Part shown: positions 35,931 to 44,811 of the stretch, one piece after another
Layout of the letters: every line of letters starts with the position of its first letter
Position numbering within the stretch: position 1 is the first letter of the stretch
Assembly (NCBI GenBank): GCA_903892035.1
Contig: CAITGV010000005.1
Coordinates: 41,011 to 105,010 of the forward strand
Length of the DNA stretch: 64,000 nt
Direction: 5' to 3'
Source: an uncultured bacterium
GTDB lineage: Bacteria > Patescibacteriota > Minisyncoccia > Phycocordibacterales > UBA9973
The notes under the pieces: model-generated
Databases searched by the model: none
What the model saw: only the letters and a program-made list of their open reading frames with translations
What the model was told of the DNA's origin: nothing
Translations under genes and position numbers: made by a program

Positions 35931-37646
35931 TCAGCTTGTGCGCTTGCCGTTCATTAACATTTTAATTGCTTCATCGAAAGATCCCGCATCTGTGACCTTA
36001 CCCGCATTCACAAAGAAAATATCGTCTGCATTTTGAATTGTATTTAACCTATGCGCGATGATGACCTTTGTCGTTTCTTTTGGAAGTTTAAGTAAAATTT
36101 CTTCTAATAACTGTTCTGTAACAGTATCTATATTTGCTGTAGCTTCATCGAGAATAAGTAATTGTGGTTTACGTAGGACTGCGCGCATAAAAGCTATCAA
36201 CTGTTTTTGTCCTAGACTTATGGCATCACCCCTACCTACCAAGGTATCCAATCCTTTCTCAAAACGTGATAACAAACTATCTAGCTCTTCTTTTTTTAAT
36301 AAATCCAATAATTGTTCACTTGTGTAACTTTGATATTCTTCATTTCCATATAAAATATTTTCTCGTACAGTACCAGTAAAAAGAAAAGGCTCTTGAAGAA
36401 TGAAGCCAATTTTTTTAGTTCGCTCAGCAAGTGACACAGAACAAATATCTTTTCCATCAAGGTAAATCATCCCACTTGTGGGATCAAAAAGACGAGCCAT
36501 TAGAGATGCCGTGGTTGTCTTTCCCCCACCTGTAGGACCAACGAGGGCATACGTCTTACCTGACTCAAGCGTAAAACTAACATCATGAAAAATTTCTTTA
36601 CTATCTGTATATTTAAATGAAACTTTTTTAAATGTCAAAATACCTCCATTCTTAATAGTTTTTTCCTCTTCAATAACTTTTATATCTGACTCTAAACTCA
36701 ATACTTCTGAAATTCTATCGAGCGAAGCAAGCGCAAGCTGGAGTGAAGCCCAGATAGATGCAAGCTGACGAAGAGGTGTGTAGAAATTATTTGTATAAAG
36801 CAAAAATCCTACAAGTAAACCGACTGTTAAATTTCCAGAAGCAATAAGTATTATTCCATATCCAAGAACGACAATTTGTGCAATGTTTGAGGCTATACCA
36901 TAAATAGGATTCAAAATATTACTCGCAACACCTGCTTTTACAGAAGCTTTGTAATTTTCCTGATTTACGATATTGAATTTTTTACGAAAATAATCCAAAC
37001 GATTGAATGCAACTATAACTTTAAAATTTTGTAAACTCTCTTGAATTTCACCACTCATACCACCCAAACTTTGCAAACTTTTAACACTGGTCCTCTTTAT
37101 CCATGCAGAAATTAATTGAGTAATTATAATAACAATAACTGCAGGTAAAAGAGAAGCAAAACCAAGTTTAATATTTAACGAAAGAATAAAAATACCAGCA
37201 CCAAGCATCAAAAATGCATTACCAACAAATTGTACAAGGGCTTGAGAAAAAAATTGATTCAACTTATCAGTATCGTTATTTATACGAGAAATCAAATCTC
37301 CTGCTTGGTTTTGATTAAAAAATGCAACAGGTAATTCTTGAAGTTTTGTAAATATTGAGTTGCGTAATTTAAATAGCACACGTCGTCCGACTCCACCCAT
37401 TATTTTTACTTGCAAATACCCAGCAACTAATCCAAAAAGATAAATAAAAGCAAGTAAAATAGAAAGCATCAAAACTCCGTGAATATCTTTGTGTGCAATA
37501 TATGTATCAATAGTACGAGCAATAATAAAAGGAGCAAGTAAATTTACAGCGGAATTTATAACAATTGCAATAAGGGCAAAATATAGTGAATATTTTTCAT
37601 CACGAAGTAAAGGCTTTATGCTTTTCCATGCAGTTCTAAATTTCAT
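35931..37646 (-). CDS. ABC transporter ATP-binding/permease protein (exporter half-transporter, type I fold)
   Basis: It has an N-terminal 6-TM domain and a C-terminal NBD (Walker A GPTGGGKTT, signature LSLGQKQLIAFMRAVL, Walker B LILDEAT). The ORF extends to 37769, but the likely start MKFRTAWKS lies at 37646. Confidence 0.8.
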   Translation of the reverse strand: MKFRTAWKSIKPLLRDEKYSLYFALIAIVINSAVNLLAPFIIARTIDTYIAHKDIHGVLMLSILLAFIYLFGLVAGYLQVKIMGGVGRRVLFKLRNSIFTKLQELPVAFFNQNQAGDLISRINNDTDKLNQFFSQALVQFVGNAFLMLGAGIFILSLNIKLGFASLLPAVIVIIITQLISAWIKRTSVKSLQSLGGMSGEIQESLQNFKVIVAFNRLDYFRKKFNIVNQENYKASVKAGVASNILNPIYGIASNIAQIVVLGYGIILIASGNLTVGLLVGFLLYTNNFYTPLRQLASIWASLQLALASLDRISEVLSLESDIKVIEEEKTIKNGGILTFKKVSFKYTDSKEIFHDVSFTLESGKTYALVGPTGGGKTTTASLMARLFDPTSGMIYLDGKDICSVSLAERTKKIGFILQEPFLFTGTVRENILYGNEEYQSYTSEQLLDLLKKEELDSLLSRFEKGLDTLVGRGDAISLGQKQLIAFMRAVLRKPQLLILDEATANIDTVTEQLLEEILLKLPKETTKVIIAHRLNTIQNADDIFFVNAGKVTDAGSFDEAIKMLMNGKRTS

Positions 37647-37671
37647 CTCCCTCTCCCCTTTTTCAAATTTT

Positions 37672-39408
37672 TTAAGCTTGTAATTCATATTGTTCTGTAC
37701 TTTCTTGTGAATTATAAATTTGCATATATTCAGGACATTCAAGCATCTCACTATGTGTACCTTTTGCAATAATTTCTCCCTCCATTAATAAAATAATTTG
37801 ATCATAATGCTCAACTGATGATATTTTTTGAGTTACAGAAATTAGAGTAATTCCTGGGTAATTTGCGGTAACATTTTCTAAAATTTTCTTTTCAGTACGA
37901 TTGTCTACGCGTGCAGTGAAATCATCAAGCAAAAGTACTTTTGGATTTAAAGCCAATGCTCGTGCAAGCATTACACGTTGTTTTTGTCCGCCAGAAAGAC
38001 TTGTTCCTCGCTCAGACACGACAGTGTCTAGTCCTTCTGGAAGTTCTTGTATAAAGTCCTGAAGCTCAGCTGTTGAAATAGCTTTTTTTAAATCTTCATC
38101 CCCCACTGTATTACTAAATGCAATGTTTTCTCGTAATGTTAGATTGAATAAAATACTATCTTGAAAAACAAAACCTATTTGTTCATGAAGTTTTTCTTTT
38201 TTATATTCGTTAATATTTTTTTCATCAAATAAAACTTCGCCAGATGTTGGGACAACTAGTCCTGTGAGAATGTACAAAAGTTGAGTCTTGCCGGCAGCGG
38301 TAGGCCCAATGATTGCTGTACGTGTATTTTTTTTTGCTTCAAATGATATGTCTTTCAATATCGCTTTTTCACCCAATTCCAAGGTAACATCACTAAGTGC
38401 AACATTTCCAGAAAGTTCGGAAACAATTGTGCCATTATCTTTTTTTTCTTCCGCATACAATACTTCTTCAATTCTTCCGTAAGATGCAGCTGCCTGCGCA
38501 ATCACATTGCTCATAAAACTTATTATAAGTATAGGAAAAATTAGAATTGCAAGGTAGCTATTGAAGGCCATAAATCCACCGAGGGTCATTGTACCTGTGA
38601 TAACAAAATGTCCTCCGAGCATAAGAATAAGTAAAGTTGCCAAGTTTGTGAGAAATGTAACAAGCGGAACAAGACTAGCAAAAAGATTTAATATTGAAAG
38701 ACTGATAGTTTTTGCTTCTGTATTTGCATCTAAAAATTTCTGATATTCATATTGTTGCGAATTTACCAAGCGAATAAGTGCAGAGCCTAAAATACTTTCA
38801 TTAATAACTTTGTTTAACCAGTCGATCGCTTCTTGAGACCTTGTGAAAAGTTTTCGTACTTTTCGAAGAACAATAAAAAAAGTGAATCCTATTATTGGTA
38901 CTACAACTAAAACTGCCAGAGCTAGGCGCCAATTTGTCAAAATCAATAATACACTTGCACCAATAATTAGAAATACTGAAGAAATAATATTTGCAATTGC
39001 TTGCGAAACAAAAGATTTTACAGCATCGACATCGGAAGTAAGATTTGTTAAAAGTTTCGAAGGAGTCACCCTATCAATAAATGTATGATCTTGCTCAGAA
39101 ATTTTTGCTGCAAGTCTTGTGCGTAAATCTCGAGCTACACGTTCTGCTGCATATATCTGAACTATGTTTTGTAAATAAGTAAAAATAAAAATTAAAATTG
39201 CAACAATTGAAAAAGTCATCACAACTTTTGTCAAAACAAAATTTCCAAGTGAATATGTATCTATAGCACTTGAGATAATTTTAGGTACTGCTAAATTTAG
39301 ACCATTTGCTAAAATGGTAAGTAGTACCAACATAAAAATTAATCCTTTATAAGGTTTCAGTAAACTAAATAGATTCGGATTTGATTTTTTAACCCGTTTA
39401 TTTTCCAT
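37672..39408 (-). CDS. ABC transporter ATP-binding/permease protein (partner half-transporter)
   Basis: 578 aa with a 6-TM domain plus an NBD (Walker A GPTAAGKTQ, signature LSGGQKQRVMLARAL, Walker B LLLDDFT). It probably forms a heterodimer with the upstream gene. Confidence 0.85.
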   Translation of the reverse strand: MENKRVKKSNPNLFSLLKPYKGLIFMLVLLTILANGLNLAVPKIISSAIDTYSLGNFVLTKVVMTFSIVAILIFIFTYLQNIVQIYAAERVARDLRTRLAAKISEQDHTFIDRVTPSKLLTNLTSDVDAVKSFVSQAIANIISSVFLIIGASVLLILTNWRLALAVLVVVPIIGFTFFIVLRKVRKLFTRSQEAIDWLNKVINESILGSALIRLVNSQQYEYQKFLDANTEAKTISLSILNLFASLVPLVTFLTNLATLLILMLGGHFVITGTMTLGGFMAFNSYLAILIFPILIISFMSNVIAQAAASYGRIEEVLYAEEKKDNGTIVSELSGNVALSDVTLELGEKAILKDISFEAKKNTRTAIIGPTAAGKTQLLYILTGLVVPTSGEVLFDEKNINEYKKEKLHEQIGFVFQDSILFNLTLRENIAFSNTVGDEDLKKAISTAELQDFIQELPEGLDTVVSERGTSLSGGQKQRVMLARALALNPKVLLLDDFTARVDNRTEKKILENVTANYPGITLISVTQKISSVEHYDQIILLMEGEIIAKGTHSEMLECPEYMQIYNSQESTEQYELQA

Positions 39409-39440
39409 AATATATTCTTAAAGTTAGTATAAGACGTAAT

Positions 39441-40373
39441 CTACTGATTCACAACTAAAGTTTTACGAATTTGATCAAATTGTGACAATAATGCTTGTTC
39501 GTCAAATTTTTTAATTGTACCCGCTGGATAATTTTCAAATACACCGTAATGAATTAAATATCTGATAGCGATACATGAATTATAATATGGAGATGCATAG
39601 ACAGTCTCATCATATCTATTTCCAGCCGCGGCATCACTTATAGTACCCATTGAATACACAATTTGATCAGTAAGATCATTTGGATTACTTGGAACCATTT
39701 TTACATTACTACCTTCAGGTAAAAAAAGTGAAGCACTACAATCTTTTACATTTGGAATTTGTTCAACGCTCAAATATGAATCTGTACTTAAATTTGTTCC
39801 ACTTGCAAGTGATGCAGGAATTGTAAATTTAACACCAGAAATATCTTTCCCGGGACCCAAGTTTTGATATGTAAATTTATCGTCAATAGTAAAACCTTTA
39901 TTGTATCGAATTGAAAAACCTTTTCCTCCGTTTGCATAGTATTCTGTTAAATCACTTCCCGTGAGTATTTCGGAAACCATTATACAATTTTGATAATTTT
40001 TTTGAACATTATTTTCTAAAACCATAGCACCATTTCCTTTTCCCCAAAAAATAAAAGATTCGTCTGCATTTGCATATCTTGTACCATCAGCTGAAATTGT
40101 CTGAGGCAATGTCATATTGCTTCCATCATTAAAACTCAAGGCCACACTTCCAGTAGGTATTGGTGGCATATCTGGGGTTACAGGTTGTTTTATTTCGCCT
40201 TGATAAAATTGCGCATTTATTGTTTTTCCTCCATCACAAGAATAAAGAGTAGTATTTATTGGTGAAGTAATTTGATTTTCTGCGGGAACTGTTGTTTTAC
40301 GAGTAAAAACGACTATTAAGATAATTGTCAATATGCAAAGTATTGCAAATCCTATTTGTGTATTTTTTTTCAT
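39441..40373 (-). CDS. Secreted/membrane-anchored protein with an N-terminal MliC-like (C-type lysozyme inhibitor) domain
   Basis: 310 aa with a signal anchor followed by ..LYSCDGGKTINAQFY..ALSFNDGSNMTLPQTISADGTRYANADESFIFWGKGNGAMV.., which matches the MliC SxSGAxY..W.KG core. The C-terminal ~150 aa are unassigned. Confidence 0.5.
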   Translation of the reverse strand: MKKNTQIGFAILCILTIILIVVFTRKTTVPAENQITSPINTTLYSCDGGKTINAQFYQGEIKQPVTPDMPPIPTGSVALSFNDGSNMTLPQTISADGTRYANADESFIFWGKGNGAMVLENNVQKNYQNCIMVSEILTGSDLTEYYANGGKGFSIRYNKGFTIDDKFTYQNLGPGKDISGVKFTIPASLASGTNLSTDSYLSVEQIPNVKDCSASLFLPEGSNVKMVPSNPNDLTDQIVYSMGTISDAAAGNRYDETVYASPYYNSCIAIRYLIHYGVFENYPAGTIKKFDEQALLSQFDQIRKTLVVNQ

Positions 40374-40460
40374 ATAAACTAAGCCGTTTAAGTTAATAAA
40401 TTATTACGACACTGAGTAAAACATTGTTACATATTAAATAATAGAATATACTGTAAACAT

Positions 40461-41144
40461 ATGCAAACAATGGATAAAATTAAAACACTACCAAATGGAT
40501 CTAAATTAAATAAAAATCTACGCTTACTAATAATTATAAATACCGTAATTACTTTCACCGTTGGTATGTTTGCTCCTTTTTATGCGGTCTTCGTGGCGCA
40601 CATAGGTGGTGGAGCTGCACTTGCAGGAATTTCTTGGGCAGTCTTTTCTATTGTTTCTGGTGTACTTATTCTTGCTCTCTCAAAATGGGAGTTAAAGGTA
40701 AAACGCCGTCATGTTCTTCTCGCCACTGGATACCTGATACGTGCTGTAGTATTTTTAAGCTATGCATTTATGGACAATATCCCCCAACTTCTCATTACAC
40801 AAGTTCTTTGGGGTGTGGCTTCTGCAGTCGGAACTCCAGCATTTGATGCTCTTTACACTTCTCACACTTCTGCTGAATCTGCCATTGTCGAGTGGGGTGA
40901 CTGGGAAGGAATTGCAGCTATCGCGACTGGAGTAGCAGCTCTCGTCGGTGGATTCTTAATTCAAATAATTGGTTTCAAAATTTTATTCCTCTTTATGTCT
41001 GTAATCGCAGCTGGTCTTGGAAGCTATATTTTACGTGAAAGATACCTAATCAAAAAAGCTGAATTAAAAAAAGAAGTTCTTAAAACAGAAAAAGCTCAAA
41101 TAAAAAAAGAGTTGGAAAAAAATCTTCCCTCGAAATCATCTTAA
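40461..41144 (+). CDS. Membrane protein, 6-TM MFS-like half-transporter
   Basis: 227 aa with 6 TM helices and a Lys/Glu-rich C-terminal tail. Confidence 0.45.
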   Translation: MQTMDKIKTLPNGSKLNKNLRLLIIINTVITFTVGMFAPFYAVFVAHIGGGAALAGISWAVFSIVSGVLILALSKWELKVKRRHVLLATGYLIRAVVFLSYAFMDNIPQLLITQVLWGVASAVGTPAFDALYTSHTSAESAIVEWGDWEGIAAIATGVAALVGGFLIQIIGFKILFLFMSVIAAGLGSYILRERYLIKKAELKKEVLKTEKAQIKKELEKNLPSKSS

Positions 41145-41834
41145 ATAATTACCACTTTCAATTTCTGCCACTATAGCCATGTGGTCACTTACACCGTCTA
41201 CTAATTTTACATTTGAAGATTTGTATAAAGGTGTAGTAAAAAGCCCATCCACCATAAACTTTATACCTTTTACTCTATGTAAATTTTGATCGATACTTGT
41301 TTCGTATTCAGATGGAATATTATCAATAAATTTTTTTGAAAAACGAGCAAAAGATTCCTTACCTCGCGGAGCATTCATATCTCCACAAAATATAAATTCA
41401 CCCAGCGACTGTAATTTCTCAATTAGAGAATCTATAACCTCAAGTTGAAGTTCCGTAACTTCCCCTTCCTTTGTCACAGGCGGATGTGCCGTAGTAAATC
41501 GCATCGTCTTTCCATCATCATCTAAAACATCAGCCCACAATAAACTACGACGAACATTTTCATTTTCTTCGTAGTAAGAAATTCCTGTGGAAACTATTTT
41601 CTCAGCAAATATTCCTATCCCCTGCTTCTTGCCTTTAATTTCATCGTAATGAAAATAAGTAACCAGGGTCTGAAATTGAAAAACTCCCTCTATTCCGAGT
41701 TCTCTTTTATATTCTTCAAAATCATCTTCCAAAAGTTCCTGTGCACAAAAAACATCAGGCTTTTCTTTTTTCAAAAAATTTAACACTGTTTCCTTGTGCC
41801 TATTCAATTCTACGTTTAGGGATATCAGTTTCAT
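41136..41834 (-). CDS. Endonuclease/exonuclease/phosphatase (EEP) family protein
   Basis: 232 aa EEP fold (N-terminal ..LISLNVE.., ..FCAQE.., C-terminal ..GDMNA.., ..SDHMAIVAEI). Confidence 0.7.
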   Translation of the reverse strand: MKLISLNVELNRHKETVLNFLKKEKPDVFCAQELLEDDFEEYKRELGIEGVFQFQTLVTYFHYDEIKGKKQGIGIFAEKIVSTGISYYEENENVRRSLLWADVLDDDGKTMRFTTAHPPVTKEGEVTELQLEVIDSLIEKLQSLGEFIFCGDMNAPRGKESFARFSKKFIDNIPSEYETSIDQNLHRVKGIKFMVDGLFTTPLYKSSNVKLVDGVSDHMAIVAEIESGNYLR

Positions 41835-42085
41835 TTTTTATTTTTTATTAATTTTAATTTTTCTTCTCTACTCAGTCTTTTCAGTTCTCCTTCATATTTT
41901 CTTGCTTCACCGTAGGTTTTAAATTTCTTCGAATATTTCAACACTACCGGTCGACGGATTTTGGTATAGTGCGCGCCAGATTTTAAATTATTGTGAGCAT
42001 ATAATCTTTTTTCTAAATCATTTGTACTACCGACATATAGAGTTTTGTCAGCACATTCTAATATATATACAAAATATTTCATCAA
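41831..42085 (-). CDS. GIY-YIG nuclease domain protein (stand-alone, ~84 aa)
   Basis: YFVYILECADKTLYVGSTNDLEKRLYAHNN..G..YTK matches the GIY-(x10)-YIG core with the conserved Arg and Glu. It shares an ATGA overlap with the EEP gene. Confidence 0.75.
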   Translation of the reverse strand: MMKYFVYILECADKTLYVGSTNDLEKRLYAHNNLKSGAHYTKIRRPVVLKYSKKFKTYGEARKYEGELKRLSREEKLKLIKNKK

Positions 42086-42463
42086 TTAAGAAAGTGCTTC
42101 TTCTACTTTTGCTAGCAAGTCTTCAATCTTTATATCAGTTTTAATTATGAATTGAAAGATATTATTCTCCATTGCTTGTTGCAACTTATCCATATCTGAA
42201 AAGTTTGTGAGTACAATAATATGTACATTTTTACCCCACTGGTCTTCACGAATTTTTTTAGCCATTTCAATGCCGTCCATTTTAGGCATTTGCACATCGA
42301 CTAAAATTAGATCTGGGTGCATTGAAAAAGCTTTTTCCAAACCTTCTTCACCGTTATTTGCTCCAAAAACTTCGTAACCGTGAATTGCCAACTTATCAAC
42401 GAGTGCACGTTGGTATGCTTGCTCATCTTCTACAACTAAAATTTTTTTATTTATTTTATTCAT
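42086..42463 (-). CDS. Single-domain response regulator (receiver only, CheY-like)
   Basis: 125 aa with the acidic pocket VVEDE, phospho-acceptor ..LILVDVQMP.. and a conserved Lys region. No output domain. Confidence 0.85.
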   Translation of the reverse strand: MNKINKKILVVEDEQAYQRALVDKLAIHGYEVFGANNGEEGLEKAFSMHPDLILVDVQMPKMDGIEMAKKIREDQWGKNVHIIVLTNFSDMDKLQQAMENNIFQFIIKTDIKIEDLLAKVEEALS

Positions 42464-42471
42464 AAATTTAA

Positions 42472-42861
42472 TTAAAATTTTTCAGCAAGACGCGCATTTA
42501 CTTTATCTACAACATCTTGAATTTTATACTCCGACTTTACTAAATAATCACTTACTCCATTTTTAATATTTTCAATAATAGTTTTAGAATCTGATAAATT
42601 ACTTAAAATAAAAACAGGGACACCCATTCCCCATTTGTCGCGATAAAGCTCAATGAGCATTTCTCTGCCATCCATTTTGGGCATCAATAAATCCAATAAA
42701 ATAATATCTGGATGATTTTTCAACGCAACTTTTAAACCTTCTTCGCCGTTACTTGCTTGAAATACCTTAAAACCTTCTAGCTCAAATTTAGTGACAAGAG
42801 ATTTTCTTTGTACAACTTCATCTTCAACAATTAAAATAGTTTTTTGATCTTTTTTTATCAT
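42472..42861 (-). CDS. Single-domain response regulator (receiver only)
   Basis: 129 aa (IVEDE, ..IILLDLLMP..). No output domain. Confidence 0.85.
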   Translation of the reverse strand: MIKKDQKTILIVEDEVVQRKSLVTKFELEGFKVFQASNGEEGLKVALKNHPDIILLDLLMPKMDGREMLIELYRDKWGMGVPVFILSNLSDSKTIIENIKNGVSDYLVKSEYKIQDVVDKVNARLAEKF

Positions 42862-42900
42862 ACAATATAATTATACAATACAAATTTAAAGTTACAAAGT

Positions 42901-44811
42901 TTAGCCCAATTGTTTTGTTCCAGCTTTTTTAACCATTCCAGAGAGTGGAAAAGAGCAAGCAAATACAGTATCTTCTCCACTTTTTGAAGAAAACCATATT
43001 TTTCCACCTGAGTTTTCCACAATTTGTTTTACTAAATACAGGCCGAGACCATTTCCGTCTGGATCCTGTTCACTTGCATTGCTTGCTCTAAACAATTTTG
43101 TAAAAATCTTACCTTGATCGTCTATTGGTATCGGCTCACCATTATTTGTGACACTTATCACAACATTATTACTTTTTTTAAATATACTGATACCAATACT
43201 GCCACCGACTTGAGTGTACTTGATTGCATTTGAAATATAATTTTGGAAAATTATTCGCAACAATTTTGGATCTGCAGATATTTCACCTAGATCAGCATCA
43301 TATTTTTTTATTAACTTTTGCTTTCTATTTTTAATTTTTTGATTCATTTCAAGTAATACTTCATTACAAACCTTCTTAAAACTTGTTGGTACCGGTTCGA
43401 CAATAAAAACTCCCATTTCAATTCGAGAAACATTTAAAAGACTATTTATGAGTTCATTCATTCTTTGATTCATACTATACATATCGGCAACTACTTCATG
43501 TTGTTTTTCTGAAATTTTTCCATAGTCCCCCGAGAGCAACATTTCCAAATTCCAATTCAGAGCACCTACTGGAGTTTTTAATTGATGTGAAGCTAGAGAT
43601 ACGAATTCTGTTTTTTCCCTATCTACCTCTTTATCGTGCGTGACATCAAAATTTACACCAATCATATTTAGTGGCTTTTTTTCATAATCTCTTTCAACTA
43701 CTGCATACGCTTTTATATATCGTATTTCTTTATTTTGATGAATCATTCGAAATGTTGTATCGAATACTTTTTTTCCATTTGATGCATCTAGCAACATTTT
43801 TTCAACCTTAGTAACATCTTCTGGATGTAATAATTTTTTCCATAAATCGTAAGTCATATTTTGATCTTTGGAATTAATTCCGTAAATCAAATACATATTC
43901 TCATCCCAAGTCACAGTATTTTTGACTATATCCCAGTCCCAAACTCCAATATTTGCGGATTTAGTGGCAAGCTCCAATCGCTTTGTAACATTTTCAACTT
44001 TTTCTTTTTCTTGCCGAACGTCTTCCAAAACATTTAAAATAGCTTTTTTAGTATTATTTAATTCAACATTTTTATTTTCTGCTTCGTTTTTCAACATTAC
44101 TGCCTCTTTAATTTTTTCTTCCACTTTTTTGTTTACAACTTCATTTTCTTTACTAAGTATGACAAATTGTGAGTATCTAAAAGATAAAAATATTATTAAA
44201 TAGTAAATCAATAATATAAATAATACAGCAAAAATTTCATAAACAGTATGAGTGTGTATTATATTATCAAAATACGTATTTATTATATCAACACCCGCAA
44301 CCGCAAAAATATTTCCATTATTATTTTTTATCGGAGCTAGGAAAGAATAAAAGCGTCCATATTCGTCAGTATATGGACCTATCATATGAGTAGGTTCACC
44401 TTTAAATGCATTGATAAAATCAACTGGCGGCTCTTTGTAAACGACACCTGGTTCACTGTGCCATGCATCATTTATATCTGCAGAGTCTGCATAAAAACGA
44501 ATACTACCATTTTCCATTTTCATAAAATAAAAACCGCGAACTCCGTCCTTGGAATAAATTTTTTCAAGTTTTATAAGCTGTTCACGCATGCGAATATAAT
44601 CTGAAGATACAATATCGCCTGCTTCTGTTGGTAGTTTTTCTAAACTTACTGGATCAACAGAAGATATTGCCACATATACAGCACGGCTAAAATTGTCTAC
44701 AGTATTATTTCGAAATTTAGTATGTTCAAAATATATAAAAGTAAAACACATTACCAATATTGCAAGTGTTCCAAATATTATGAATCTTTTATATTGTATT
44801 AATAATTTCAT
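42901..44811 (-). CDS. Sensor histidine kinase with a periplasmic sensor domain, PAS domain, HisKA and HATPase_c
   Basis: 636 aa with two TM helices flanking a ~180-aa extracytoplasmic domain, then a coiled-coil, a PAS domain, an H-box (FVSLASHQLKTP), N/G boxes and a C-terminal ATPase. Confidence 0.85.
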   Translation of the reverse strand: MKLLIQYKRFIIFGTLAILVMCFTFIYFEHTKFRNNTVDNFSRAVYVAISSVDPVSLEKLPTEAGDIVSSDYIRMREQLIKLEKIYSKDGVRGFYFMKMENGSIRFYADSADINDAWHSEPGVVYKEPPVDFINAFKGEPTHMIGPYTDEYGRFYSFLAPIKNNNGNIFAVAGVDIINTYFDNIIHTHTVYEIFAVLFILLIYYLIIFLSFRYSQFVILSKENEVVNKKVEEKIKEAVMLKNEAENKNVELNNTKKAILNVLEDVRQEKEKVENVTKRLELATKSANIGVWDWDIVKNTVTWDENMYLIYGINSKDQNMTYDLWKKLLHPEDVTKVEKMLLDASNGKKVFDTTFRMIHQNKEIRYIKAYAVVERDYEKKPLNMIGVNFDVTHDKEVDREKTEFVSLASHQLKTPVGALNWNLEMLLSGDYGKISEKQHEVVADMYSMNQRMNELINSLLNVSRIEMGVFIVEPVPTSFKKVCNEVLLEMNQKIKNRKQKLIKKYDADLGEISADPKLLRIIFQNYISNAIKYTQVGGSIGISIFKKSNNVVISVTNNGEPIPIDDQGKIFTKLFRASNASEQDPDGNGLGLYLVKQIVENSGGKIWFSSKSGEDTVFACSFPLSGMVKKAGTKQLG

